From Ranitomeya imitator (lineage: Eukaryota), in NCBI RefSeq assembly GCF_032444005.1, contig NC_091282.1, forward strand, positions 474,672,001-474,736,000: a DNA stretch of 64,000 nucleotides. Reading direction: 5' to 3'. A program made the translations under genes and the position numbers. The notes under the pieces were generated by a model. That model was given only the letters and a program-made list of their open reading frames with translations. It was not told the DNA's origin and made no database searches. Below are positions 23,032 to 37,175 of the stretch, piece by piece; position 1 is the stretch's first letter; every line of letters starts with the position of its first letter.

Positions 23032-24237
23032 TTAAAGGAATGGTACAAAACTTATATTTTCATTTAATCCTTTCGGATGGACCGTATCTAATGTCCAGAT
23101 CCATCTGGTTTCTTTTTGTGCCAGTCTGGAGCTAACTTTCCCACCCCGGATCCCTGGATCAATGATATCAATCCCTCTCACTCTAAGTGTGGTACTGTCA
23201 CTAATGTGGAATAGTTTGAAATGACGTGGCAGAGTGCGAAGCGTGGATGTGTCGTCATGGCCGGCGGCCGCCTGAATGCCAAGTACATGCTCATGCACGC
23301 GCACTTTAAGTTGCCGTGTTGTGAGCCCTATATAAATGAGATTGCATGGACATGTAGCAAAGTAAATCACATTACAGGTGTTACATGTAATGTGTTTTCT
23401 AATCTCATATGTCCTTGCTCCTGAAGAGTTAGTAAAAGTATCAATGCAATCAACATTAGGACAGGCGACACACCGGCCACAAGGCGCACATCCACGCCTA
23501 GGAACTCTGCCATCAATAAAGTTAAATCTGGAATCCACTTGATAGTGACTTCTAACCAAACAGTCCTTGAGATTCTTGGACCGCCGAATAACCACACTCG
23601 GAGCGTCAGGGAGGATCTTTTTGAGGATTGGATCTGTTTGTAATATAGGCCATGCTTTCTCAAGACATTGTTTCATACGAGAGAATTGGGCATGATAGTT
23701 CGTAATGAACCGTATCTTATTAGATTTATTTTTTGCTCATCACGGGTATACAGTAAAGATTGTAGTGTCGAATATTTTGCCCTGTGATAGGCCCGTTTAA
23801 TAGCCCGCCTACCATACCCTCTATCAGAAAATCTGTTACACAGATCTTTGGCCTTAACCTCAAAATCCTCATTGTTCGAACAGATCCTTCGGAGGCGAAG
23901 GAACTGTCTGATAGGGACAGAATTCACCATATATTTAGGGTTTGAGGACGAGGCATCCAGTAAGCTGTTGGTCGAGGTCTCCTTCCTATATATGGTAGTT
24001 TGCAACATATTGTTCCCATCCTACCATACTGTAACATCCAAAAAGTTAATTACATCTCTACCACTTTGTTAAGTGACAAAGATGTTCTTGTCATTAGTAT
24101 TGATAGTATTGATGAAGACCTGTAGAGACTCCAAAGTACCCTGCCAGATCAAAAAAACATCGTCGATGTACCGCAACCAAATGGGGATGCGGTCCATTGA
24201 CGAATGATCTGACAGGGCGAGGTCCCTCTCCCACAGC
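23032..24237 (-). pseudogene. PLE ORF 3' part: RT C-terminus, Zn-finger-like linker and GIY-YIG endonuclease
   Basis: RYIDDVF at 24159-24170; CAPCGRCVAC; VIYFATCPCNLIYIGLTTRQLKVRVHEH; TLDTVHPKGLN. Confidence 0.9.
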
Positions 24238-27200
24238 TGTTATGAACAGGTAATTCAGAACCACAATGGACATTGAAGTTCAGAGCACACAAAGTGACCT
24301 GACAATTACCAAAAACAAGGACGAGCTCTGAGATGTGGAAACTCTGCTGACCGCAGTCCCTAATCCTATCACACCACACTAGAGGTAGCCGTGGATTGCG
24401 CCTAACGCTCCCTATGCAACTCGGCACAGCCTGAGAAACTAACTAGCCCTGAAGATAGAAAAATAAGCCTACCTTGCCTCAGAGAAATTCCCCAAAGGAA
24501 AAGGCAGCCCCCCACATATAATGACTGTGAGTAAGATGAAAATACAAACACAGAGATGAAATAGACTTAGCAAAGTGAGGCCCGACTTACTGAATAGACC
24601 GAGGATAGGAAAGATAGCTTTGCGGTCAACACAAAAACCTACAAACAACCACGCAGAGGGGCAAAAAGACCCTCCGCACCGACTAACGGTACGGAGGTGC
24701 TCCCTCTGCGTCTCAGAGCTTCCAGCAAGCAAGAAAAAACAAAATAGCAAGCTGGAAAGAAAAAATAGCAAACAAAAATAACACAAGCAAAACTTAGCTT
24801 ATGCAGGATAGAGAGGCCACAGGAACGATCCAGGAGGAAGCAAGACCAATACTAGAACATTGACTGGAGGCCAGGATCAAAGCACCAGGTGGAGTTAAAT
24901 AGAGCAGCACCTAACGACTTAACCTCATCACCTGAGGAAGGAAACTCAGAAGCCGCAGTACCACTTTCATCCACCAAAGGAAGCTCATAGACAGAACCAG
25001 CCGAAGTACCACTCTCGACCACAGGAGGGAGCTTGGCCACAGAATTCACAACAGTACCCCCCCCCCTTGAGGAGGGGTCACCGAACCCTCACCAGAGCCC
25101 CCAGGCCGACCAGGATGAGCCACATGAAAGGCACGAACCAGATCGGCAGCATGGACATCAGAGGCAAAGACCCAGGAATTATCTTCCTGACCATAACCCT
25201 TCCACTTAACCAGATACTGGAGTTTCCGTCTCGAAACACGAGAATCCAAAATCTTCTCCACTATATACTCCAATTCCCCTTCAACCAAAACCGGAGCAGG
25301 AGGATCAATAGATGTAACCACAGGTGCCACGTATATCTCCGCAACAATGACCTATGGAACACGTTATGGATGGAAAAAGAAGCTGGAAGAGTCAAACGAA
25401 AAGACACAGGATTAAGAACCTCAGAAATCCTATATGGACCAATGAAACGAGGCTTAAATTAGGAGAGGAAACCTTCATAGGAATATAACGAGATGACTAC
25501 CAAACCAAATCCCCAACACGAAGTCGGGGACCCACACAGCGCCTGCGGTTAGCGAAACGTTGAGCCTTCTCCTGGGACAAAGTCAGATTGTCCACTACAT
25601 GAGTCCAAATCTGCTGCAACCTATCCACCACAGTATCCACACCAGGACAGTCCGAAGACTCAACCTGCCCTGAAGAGAAACGAGGGTGGAACCCAGAATT
25701 GCAGAAAAACGGCGAAACCAAGGTAGCCGAGCTGGCCCGATTATTAAGGGTGAACTCAGCCAAAGGCAAAAAGGACACCCAATCATCCTGATCAGCAGAA
25801 ACAAAACATCTCAGATATGTTTCCAAGGTCTGATTGGTTCGTTCAGTCTGGCCATTTGTCTGAGGATGGAAAGCCAAGGAAAAAGACAAATCAATGCCCA
25901 TCCTAGCACAAAAGGCTCGCCAAAACCTCGAAACAAACTGGGAACCTCTGTCAGAAACGATGTTCTCTGGAATGCCATGTAAACGAACCACATGCTGGAA
26001 AAACAATGGCACCAAATCAGAGGAGGAAGACAATTTAGACAAGGGCACCAAATGGACAATCCTAGAGAAGCGATCACAAACCACCCAAATGACCGACATC
26101 TTTTGAGAGACGGGGAGATCCGAAATAAAATCCATAGAGATATGTGTCCAAGGCCTCTTCGGGACCGGCAAGGGCAAAAGCAACCCACTGGCACGAGAAC
26201 AGCAGGGCTTAGCCCGAGCACAAATCCCACAGGACTGCACAAAAGAACGCACATCCCGCGACAGAGACGGCCACCAAAAGGATCTAGCCACAAAATCTCT
26301 GGTACCAAAGATTCCAGGATGACCAGCCAACACGGAACAATGAACTTCAGAGATAACTTTATTCGTCCACCTATCAGGGACAAGCAGTTTCTCCGCTGGG
26401 CAACGGTCAGGTCTATTAGCCTGAAATTTATGCAGCACCGGCCGCAAATCAGGGGAGATGGCAGACAAAATTACCCCCTCTTTGAGAATACCCGCCGGCT
26501 CAGGCAAACCCGGAGAATCGGGCACAAAACTCCTAGACAGGGCATCCGCCTTCACATTTTTAGAGCCCGGAAGGAACGAAACCACAAAGTCAAAACGGGA
26601 GAAAAACGGCGACCAACGAGCCTGTCTAGGATTCAACCGTTTGGCAGACTCGAGATAAGTCAAGTTTTTGTGATCAGTCAAGACCACCACGCGATGCTTA
26701 GCTCCTTCAAGCCAATGACGCCACTCCTCGAATGCCCACTTCATGGCTAGCAACTCTCGATTGCCAACATCATAATTTCGCTCAGCAGGCCAAAATTTCC
26801 TGGAAAAGAAGGCGCATGGTTTCATCACCGAGCAATCAGAACTTCTCTGCGACAAAACAGCCCCTGCTCCAATCTCAGAAGCATCAACCTCGACCTGGAA
26901 CGGAAGCGAAACATCTGGTTGGCACAACACAGGGGCAGAAGAAAAACGACGCTTCAACTCCTGAAAAGCTTCCACAGCAGCAGAAGACCAATTGACCACA
27001 TCAGCACCCTTCTTGGTTAAATCAGTCAACGGTTTAGCAATGCTAGAAAAATTAGCGATGAAGCGACGATAAAAATTAGCAAAGCCCAGGAACTTCTGCA
27101 GACTCTTCAGAGATGTTGGCTGAGTCCAATCATAAATGGCCTGAACATTAACAGGGTCCATCTCGATAGTAGGAGAAAAAATGAACCCCAAAAATGAAAT

Positions 27201-28352
27201 CTTCTGAACACCAAAGAGACACTTTGACCCCTTCACAAACAAAGAATTAGCACGCAGGACCTGGAACACCATTCTGACATGCTTCACATGAGACTCCCAA
27301 TCATCCGAGAAGACCAAAATATCATCCAAGTATACAATCAGGAATTTATCCATGTACTCTCGGAAGATGTCATGCATAAAGGACTGAAACACTGATGGAG
27401 CATTAGAAAGTCCGAATGGCATAACCAGGTACTCAAAATGGCCTTTGGGCGTATTAAATGCTGTTTTCCATTCATCGCCCCGTTTAATACGCACAAGATT
27501 ATACGCATCACGAAGATCTATATTGGTGAACCAACTAGCCCCCTTAATCCGAGCAAACAAATCAGACAGCAGCGGCAAGGGGTACTGAAATTTGACCGTA
27601 ATTTTATTTAGAAGGCGGTAATCAATACAAGGTCTCAGCGAACCATCCTTCTTGGCCACAAAAAAGAACCCCGCTCCCAATGGCGACGATGACGGGCGAA
27701 TATGACCCTTCTCCAAAGACTCCTTCACGTAACTCCGCATAGCGGCGTGCTCAGGTACAGAAAAATTAAACAGTCGACCCTTAGGAAACTTACTACCAGG
27801 AATCAAATCGATAGCACAAACACAATCCCTATGCGGAGGTAGGGCATTGGACTTGGGCTCATCGAATACATCTCGATAATCAGACAAGAACTCTGGGACC
27901 TCAGAAGGGGTGGATGATGAGATAGACGGAAATGGAACATCACCATGTACCCCCTGACAACCCCAGCTGGACACAGACATTGATTTCCAATCTAATACTG
28001 GGTTATGGACTTGTAGCCATGGCAACCCCAACACGACCAAATCATGCAGATTATGCAACACCAGAAAGCGAATATCCTCCTGGTGCGCAGGAGCCATGCA
28101 CATGGTCAGCTGGGTCCAATACTGAGGCTTATTCTTGGCCAAAGGCGTAGCATCAATTCCTCTCAATGGAATAGGACACTGCACCAGGTGGAGTTAAATA
28201 GAGCAGCACCTAACGACTTAACCTCATCACCTGAGGAAGGAAACTCAGAAGCCGCAGTACCACTCTCATCCACCAAAGGAAGCTCATAGACAGAACCAGC
28301 CGAAGTACCACTCTCGACCACAGGAGGGAGCTTGGCCATAGAATTCACAACA
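24238..28352 (-). mobile_element. Gypsy chromovirus A (Tf1/sushi-like), internally deleted
   Basis: 3' LTR 24238-25052 (TGTTGTGA..TCATAACA); PPT at 25053; 5' LTR remnant 28181-28352; TSD CACAGC at 24232-37 and 28353-58. Confidence 0.93.
25046..28184 (-). pseudogene. pol: pol of element A: RT, RNase H, integrase, chromodomain
   Basis: [45 protein letters not shown]. Confidence 0.93.
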
Positions 28353-28954
28353 CACAGCCCTGTTGTGAATTCTGCTTTTGGGCTCCCTCCGGTGGTTGTA
28401 GAGGGTAATGCAGTTGTGCCTGGACTGCAGGATTGGACAGGTGTATCTGCTAATTGCAAAGCTGACTGGGGTATATAGCTTTGCAGGACTCTTTAGTCCC
28501 TGCCAGTTGTCCATTGTTCCTTTGGAAGTGTTGGTCCTGCTTGACCTCTCCTGCTTGCTGCCAATTCAGCAAAGTTAAGTGTTTGCTTCATTTTGTTTTG
28601 GACACACTGCTGTGTGTTTATTTTCTGTGCTATCTTGTTTCAATTTTGTTCCTGCTAGATTGTGCCTGAAGTTTTTCTCAGTCTAGTTGGATTTGCTGGA
28701 GTCGCAGATATACTCTCCACATCTTTAGTTAGGTGGTGGAGTTTTTGTATTTTTCTGCTGTGGATATTTTGTAGTGTTTTATGCTGACCGCATAGTATCC
28801 TGTACTTTCCTTTCCTTTCTAGGTAGAAGTGGCCTCCTTTGCTTATCCCTGTTTTCAGTCTGCGTGTGTCTTTTCCTCTCCTACTCACAGTCATTATTTG
28901 TGGGGGGCTGTCTATCCTTTGGGGGTCTACTCTGAGGCAAGAGAGTTTTCCTAT

Positions 28955-31900
28955 TCCTTTAAGGGGAATTGATGCTACACCCTTGGCTAAAGATAAGCCT
29001 CAGTTTTGGATACAGGTGACCATGCACATGGCGCCAGCCCACCAGGAAGATTGTCGATTTCTGGTATTGCATAATTTGAATGATGCTGTCGTGCTGGGTT
29101 TCCCATGGTTGCAGGTCCATAATCCTGTTTTGGATTGGAAGTCCATGTCTGTAACTAGTTGGGGTTGTCAGGGGGTTCATAATGATGATCCTCTGATGTC
29201 AATCGCCCCTTCTCCCTCTTCTGAAATTCCGGATTTTTTGTCTGATTTTCAGGATGTATTCGATGAGCCTAAGTCCAGTTTCCTTCCACCGCACAGGGAC
29301 TGCGATTGTGCTATTGATTTGATTCCAGGCTGTAAGTTTCCTAAGGGTCGACTTTTCAACCTTTCTGTACCTGAACATACCGCCATGCGGAGTTATATTA
29401 AGGAGTCTTTGGAGAAGGGGCATATTCGTACATCTTCCTCACCGTTGGGAGCAGGGTTCTTTTTTGTTGCTAAAAAAGATGGTTCTTTGAGACCCTTTAT
29501 TGATTATCGCCTCTTAAATAAGATCATGGTCAAGTTTCAATACCCCTTGCCTTTGCTTTCTGATTTGTTTGCTAGGATTAAGGGAGCTAGTTGGTTTACT
29601 AAGATTGACCTTCGGGGGGCTTATAATCTTGTTCGTATAAAGCAGGGTGATGAATGGAAAACTGCGTTTAACACGCCCGAAGGCCATTGTGAATACCTTG
29701 TGATGCCATTCGGACTCTCTAATGCTCCATCTGTTTTTCAGTCCTTCATGCATGATATCTTCCGGAGTTATCTTGATAAATTCTTGATCATTTATTTGGA
29801 CGATATTTTGATTTTTTCCGATGATTGGGAGTCTCATGTGCAGCAGGCCAGGATGGTATTTCAGATCCTTCGTGACAATGCTTTGTTTGTGAAAGGGTCT
29901 AAGTGTCTTTTAGGGGTGCAGAAGGTTTCCTTTTTGGGCTTTATTTTTTCTCCCTCATCTATTGAGATGGATCCGGTTAAGGTTCAGGCCATTCATGATT
30001 GGATTCAGCCCACATCCGTGAAGAGACTTCAGAAATTTTGGGGTTTCGCTAATTTTTATCGCCGTTTCATTGCTAATTTTTCCAGCGTGGTTAAACCCTT
30101 GACTGATTTGACTAAGAAGGGCGCTGATGTGGCGAATTGGCCCTCTGCGGCTGTCTCTGCCTTTCAAGAACTTAAACGTCGTTTTTCTTCTGCTCCAGTG
30201 TTGCACCAGCCGGATGTTTCTCTTCCGTTTCAGGTTGAGGTTGACGCTTCTGAGATTGGGGCAGGGGCCGTTTTGTCTCAGAGGGATCCTGTTGGTTCCT
30301 TGATGAAACCGTGTGCCTTCTATTCCCGTAAATTTTCGCCTGCGGAATGCAATTATGATGTCGGAAATCAGGAGTTGTTGGCTATGAAGTGGGCGTTTGA
30401 GGAGTGGCGACATTGGCTTGAGGGAGCTAAGCACCGTATTGTGGTCTTGACCGACCATAAGAATTTGATTTACCTCGAGTCTGCCAAACGGTTGAATCCT
30501 AGACAGGCTCGATGGTCCTTGTTTTTTTCTCGTTTTGATTTTGTGGTCTCGTACCTTCCTGGTTCTAAGAATGTTAAGGCTGATGCCCTCTCTAGGAGTT
30601 TTTTGCCTGATTCTCCTGAGGTTTTGGAACCAGTCAGTATTTTGAAGGAAGGGGTGGTCCTTTCTGCCATTTCTCCTGATTTACGACGGGTTCTTCAGAA
30701 ATTTCAGGCTGACAAACCTGACCGTTGTCCTGTGGGGAAACTGTTTGTTCCTGACAGATGGACTAGTAGAGTGATTTCTGAGGTTCATTGTTCTGTGTTG
30801 GCTGGTCATCCTGGTATTTTTGGTACCAGAGACTTGGTTGGTAGGTCCTTTTGGTGGCCTTCTTTGTCGCGTGATGTGCAGTCTTTTGTGCAGTCCTGTG
30901 GGACTTGTGCGCGGGCCAAGCCTTTTTGCTCCCATGCTAGTGGGTTGCTTTTGCCATTGCCGGTCCCCGAGAGGCCCTGGACACATATTTCTATGGATTT
31001 TATTTCCGATCTTCCTGTTTCCCAAAGGATGTTGGTTATCTGGGTTGTCTGTGACTGATTTTCTAAGATGGTTCATTTGGTGCCTTTGCCTAAATTGCCT
31101 TCTTCTGATTTGGTTCCGTTGTTTTTTCAGCATGTGGTACGTTTGCATGGTATTCCGGAGAATATTGTGTCCGACAGAAGTTCCCAGTTTGTTTCTAGGT
31201 TTTGGTGGGCCTTTTGTGCCAAGCTGGGCATTCTTTTTCTTCTGCATTTCATCCTCAGACAAATGGCCAGACTGAGCGAACTAATCAGACCTTGGAGACC
31301 TATTTGAGATGCTTTGTGTCTGCTGATCAGGTTGATTGGGTGGCTTTTTTGCCATTGGCTGAGTTTGCCCTTAATAATCGGGCTAGTTCGGCTACTTTGG
31401 TTTCGCCTTTTTTTTGTAATTTTGGTTTTCATCCTCGTTTTTCTTCTGGGCAGGTTGAGCCTTCTGACCTTCCTGGTGTGGATTCTGTGGTCGACAGGTT
31501 GCAGCAGATTTGGGCTCATGTGGTGGACAATTTGGTGCTGTCTCAGGAGGAGGCTCAACGTTTTGCTAACCGTCGTCGGTGTGTTGGTTCCCGGCTTCGG
31601 GTTGGGGATCTGGTTTGGTTATCTTCCCGTCATGTTCCTATGAAGGTTTCTTCCCCTAAGTTTAAGCCTCGATTTATTGGTCCATATAGGATTTCTGAGA
31701 TTATTAATCCGGTGTCCTTTCGCCTGGCGCTTCCGGCCTCTTTTGCTATTCATAATGTCTTCCATAGATCTTTGTTGCGGAAATATGTGGAGCCCGTTGT
31801 TCCCTCTGTTGATCCTCCGGCCCCTGTGTTGGTCGATGGGGAGTTGGAATATGTTGTTGAGAAGATTTTGGATTCTCGTTTTTCGAGGCGGAAGCTTCAG

Positions 31901-32068
31901 TACCTTATCAAATGGAAGGGTTATGGCCAGGAGGATAATTCTTGGGTTTCTGCCTCTGATGTCCATGCTGCTGATTTGGTTCATACCTTTCATCGGGCTC
32001 ATCCTGATCGGCCTGGGGGCTCTGGTGAGGGTTCGGTGACCCCTCCTCAAGGGGGGGTACTGTTGTGA
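28955..32068 (+). pseudogene. pol: pol of element B with a stop at 31056 and an integrase frameshift
   Basis: YLDD RT, RNase H, HHCC-DDE integrase, GPY motif, chromodomain. Confidence 0.92.
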
Positions 32069-32988
32069 ATTCTGCTTTTGGGCTCCCTCCGGTGGTTGTA
32101 GAGGGTAATGCAGTTGTGCCTGGACTGCAGGATTGGACAGGTGTATCTGCTAATTGCAAAGCTGACTGGGGTATATGTTATGACCTGGTGATTCAGAAAC
32201 ACAATGGACCTGGTGGTTAAGAGCACACAAAGTGACCTGATAGTTACTAATAACATAGGACGAGCTCTGAGACGTGGGAACTCTGCTGACCGCAATCCCT
32301 AATCCTATCACACCACACTAGAGGTAGCCGTGGAGCGCTCCTGACCAGACCTAGGCGCCTCGGGCACAGCCTGAGAAACTAGCTAGCCCTGAAGATAGAA
32401 AAATAAGCCTACCTTGCCTCAGAGAAATTCCCCAAAGGAAAAGGCAGCCCCCCACATATAATGACTGTGAGTAAAGATGAAAATACAAACACAGAGATGA
32501 AATAGATTTTAGCAAAGTGAGGCCCGACTTACTGAGTAGACCGAGGATAGGAAAGATAGCTTTGCGGTCAGCACAAAAACCTACAAACAACCACGCAGAG
32601 GGCGCAAAAAGACCCTCCGCACCGACTAACGGTACGGAGGTGCTCCCTCTGCGTCCCAGAGCTTCCAGCAAGCAAGACAAACCAATATAGCAAGCTGGAC
32701 AGAAAAAATAGCAAACAAAAGTAACACAAGCAGAATTTAGCTTATGCAGGGCAGACAGGCCACAAGAACGATCCAGGAGAGAGCAAGACCAATACTGGAA
32801 CATTGACTGGAGGCTAGGAACAAAGAACTAGGTGGAGTTAAATAGAGCAGCACCTAACGACTTAACCTCGTCACCTGAGGAAGGAAACTCAGAAGCCGCA
32901 GCCCCATTCACATCCACCAGAGGAAGCTCATGGACAGAACCAGCCGAAGTACTACTCATGTCCACAAGAGGGAGCTTGACCACAGAAT

Positions 32989-35900
32989 TCACAACAGTAC
33001 CCCCCCTTGAGGAGGGGTCACCGAACCCTCACCAGAGCCCCCAGGCTGACCAGGATGAGCCAAATGAAAGGCACGAACCAGATCGGCAGCATGAACATCA
33101 GAGGCAAAGACCCAGGAATTATCTTCCTGACCATAACCCTTCCACTTAACCAGGTACTGGAGTTTCCGTCTCGAAATACGAGAATCCAAAATCTTCTCCA
33201 CTATATACTCCAACTCCCCCTCAACCAAAACCGGGGCAGGAGGATCAACGGATGGAACCACAGGTTCCACGTATCTCCGCAACAATGACCTATGGAATAC
33301 ATTATGGATGGAAAAAGAAGCTGGAAGGGTCAAACGAAAAGACACAGGATTAAGAACCTCAGAAATTCTATACGGACCAATAAAACGAGGCTTAAACTTA
33401 GGAGAGGAAACTTTCATAGGAATATAACGAGACAACAACCAAACCAAATCCCCAACACGAAGTCGGGGACCCACACAGCGCCTGCGGTTAGCGAAACGTT
33501 GAGCCTTCTCCTGGGACAATGTCATGAGTCCAAATCTGCTGCAACCTATCCACCACAGTATCCACACCAGGACAGTCCGAAGACTCAACGTGCCCTGAAG
33601 AGAAACGAGGATGGAAACCAGAATTGCAGAAAAACGGAGAAACCAAAGTAGCCGAGCTGGCCCGATTATTAAGGGCGAACTCAGCCAAAGGCAAAAAGGA
33701 CACCCAATCATCCTGATCAGCAGAAACAAAACATCTCAGATATGTTTCCAAGGTCTGATTGGTTCGTTCAGTTTGGCCATTTGTCTGAGGATGGAAAGCC
33801 GAGGAAAAAGACAAATCAATGCCCATCCTTGCACAAAAGGCTCGCCAAAACCTCGAAACAAACTGGGAACCTCTGTCCGAAACGATGTTCTCCGGATTGC
33901 CATGTAAACGAACCACATGCTGGAAAAACAATGGCACCAAATCAGAGGAGGAAGGCAATTTAGACAAGGGTAACAAATGGACCATCTTAGAGAAGCGATC
34001 ACAAACCACCCAAATGACCGACATTTATTGCGAGACAAGGAGATCAGAAATAAAATCCATAAAGATATGTGTCCAGGGCCTCTTCGGGACCGGCAAGGGC
34101 AAAAGCAACCCACTGGCACGAGAACAGCAGGGCTTAGCCCGAGCACAAGTCCCACAGGACTGCACAAACGAACGCACATCCCGCGACAGAGATGGCCACC
34201 AAAAGGATCTAGCCACCAAATCTCTGGTACCAAAGATTCCAGGATGACCAGCCAACACCGAACAATGAACCTCAGAGACAACTCTACTCGTCCATTTATC
34301 AGGGACAAACAGTTTCTCCGCTGGGCAACGGTCAGGTCTATTAGCCTGAAATTTTTGCAGCACCCACCGCAAATCAGGGGAGATGGCAGACAAAATTACC
34401 CCCTCTTTGAGAATACCCGCCGGCTCAGGCAAACCCGGAGAATCGGGCACAAAACTCCTAGACAGTGCATCCGCCTTCACATTCTTAGAGCCCGGAAGGT
34501 ACGAAACCACAAAGTCAAAACGGGAGAAAAACAGCGACCAACGAGCCTGTCTAGGATTCAACCGTTTGGCAGACTCGAGATAAGTCAAGTTCTTGTGATC
34601 AGTCAAGACCACCACGCGATGCTTAGCTCCTTCAAGCCAATGACGCCACTCCTCGAATGCCCACTTCATGGCCAGCAACTCTCGATTGCCAACATCATAA
34701 TTACGCTCAGCAGGCAAAAACTTCCTGGAAAAGAAGGCACACGATTTAATCACTGAGCCATCAGAACTTCTTTGCGACAAAACAGCCCCTGCTCCAATCT
34801 CAGAAGCATCAACCTCGACCTGGAACGGGAGCGAAACATCTGGCTGGCACAATACAGGGGCAGAAGAAAAATGACGCTTCAACTCCTGAAAAGCTTCCAC
34901 AGCAGCAGAAGACCAATTGACCACATCAGCACCCTTCTTGATTAAATCAGTCAACGGTTTAGCAATACTAGAAAAGTTATTGATGAAGCGACGATAAAAA
35001 TTAGCAAAGCCCAGGAACTTTTGTAGACTCTTCAGAGATGTCAGCTGAGTCCAATCATAAATGGCCTGAACTTTAACAGGATCCATCTCGATAGTAGAAG
35101 GGGAAAAAATGAACCCCAAAAATGAAACCTTCTGAACACCAAAGAGACACTTTGACCCCTTCACAAACAAAGAATTTGCACGCAGGACCTGGAACACCAT
35201 TCTGACCTGCTTCACGTGGGACTCCCAATCATCCGAGAAGACCAAAATATCATCCAAGTATACAATCAGGAATTTATCCAGGTACTCTCGGAAAATGTCA
35301 TGCATAAAGGACTGAAAAACTGATAGAGCATTGGAAAGCCCGAATGGCATAACCAGGTACTCAAAATGGCCCTCGGGCGTATTAAATGCTGTTTTCCATT
35401 CATCACCCTGTTTAATACGCACAAGATTATACGCACCACGAAGATCTATCTTGGTGAACCAACTAGCCCCCTTAATCCGAGCAAACAAATCAGACAGCAG
35501 CGGCAAGGGGTACTGAAATTTGACCGTGATTTTATTTAGAAGGCGGTAATCAATACAAGGTCTCAACGAACCATCCTTCTTGGCCACAAAAAAGAACCCT
35601 GCTCCCAATGGCGATGACGACGGGCGAATATGACCCTTCTCCAAGGATTCCTTTACGTAACTCCGCATAGCGGCATGCTCAGGCTTAGACAAATTAAACA
35701 GTCGACCTTTAGGAAACTTACTACCAGGAATCAAATCGATAGCACAATCTCAATCCCTATGCGGAGGTAGGGCATTGGACTTGGGCTCATCAAATACATC
35801 CTGGTAATCCGACAAGAACTCTGGGACCTCAGAAGGGGTGGATGATGAAATAGACAGAAATGGAACATCACCATGTACCCCCTGACAACCCTAGCTGGAC

Positions 35901-37156
35901 ACAGACATAGATTTCCAATCCAATACTGGGTTATGGACTTGTAGCCATGGCAACCCCAACACAACCACATCATGCAGATTATGCAACACCAAAAAGCGAA
36001 TATCCTCCTGATGCGCAGGAGCCATGCACATGGTCAATTGGGTCCAGTACTGTGGCTTATTCTTGGCCAAAGGCGTAGCATCAATTCCTCTCAATGGAAT
36101 AGGATACTGCAAGGGCTCCAAGAAAAACCCACAGCGCCTAGCAAACTCCAAGTCCATCAAATTCAGAGCAGCGCCTGAATCCACAAATGCCATGACAGAA
36201 TAGGATGACAAAGAGCAGATCAAAGTAGCGGACAAAAGAAATTTCGACTGTACCGTACCAATGGTGGCAGACCTAGCGAACCGCTTAGTGCGCTTAGGAC
36301 AATCGGAGATAGCATAAGTGGAATCACCACAGTAGAAACACAGCCCATTCCGACGTCTGTGTTCTTGCCGTTCAGCTCTGGTCAAAGTCCTATCACATTG
36401 CATAGGTTCAGGTTTATGCTCAGATAATACCGCCAAATGGTGCACAGTTTTACGCTCACGTAAGCGTCGATCGATCTGAATGGCCAAAGACATAGACTCA
36501 TTCAGACCAGCAGGCATAGGCAATCCAACCATGACATCCTTAAGGGCTTCAGAGAGACCCTTTCTGAAAATTGCTGCCAGCGCACATTCATTCCATTGAG
36601 TGAGCACAGACCACTTCCTAAACTTCTGACAATATATCTCTACCTCATCCTGACCCTGACACAGAGCCAGCAAATTTTTCTCTGCCTGGTCCACTGAATT
36701 AGGTTCATCATAAAGCAATCCGAGCGCCAGAAAAAACGCATCAATATCACATAATGCAGGATCTCCTGGCGCAAGGGAAAATGCCCAGTCTTGAGGGTCG
36801 CCACGTAATAAAGAAATAATGATCTTAACTTGTTGAACTGGGTCACCAGAGGGGCGGGGTTTCAAAGCCAGAAACAGTTTGCAATTATTTTTGAAATTCA
36901 GAAACTTAGCTCTATCTCCAGAAAATAAATCAGGAATAGGAATTCTAGGTTCTAACATAGATTTCTGAACCACAATGTCTTGAATTTTTTGTACTCTTGC
37001 AGTGAGATGATCCACACAAGAAGACAGACCTTTAATGTCCATCACTACACCTGTGTCCTGAACCACCCAAATGTCTAGGGGAAAGGAAAGACAAAACACA
37101 GTGCAGAGAAAAAAAAATGGTCTCAGAACTTCTCCTTTCCCTCTATTGAGAAGCAT
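32989..37156 (-). pseudogene. gag-pol: gag-pol of element C (capsid, Zn knuckle, protease, RT, RNase H, integrase, chromodomain), a few lesions
   Basis: PDLFSGDR capsid motif, CFYCGDSTYAISDC, FVDSGA in one frame; stop at 35891; frameshifts near 35731 and 34024. Confidence 0.93.
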
Positions 37157-37166
37157 TAGTACTTTG

Positions 37167-37175
37167 GGCCTCCAG
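37167..37175 (-). promoter_or_regulatory. Putative self-priming PBS of element C
   Basis: CTGGAGGCC, 3 nt after the 5' LTR end, is complementary to (G)GCCTCCAG ~29 nt downstream of the LTR TATTTAA. Confidence 0.6.

Noticed and set aside
28178-28960. Splicing as the cause of the A and B LTR-pol fusions
   Set aside because: The junctions keep the acceptor AG or lack a donor GT, and the A junction lies upstream of the predicted transcription start.
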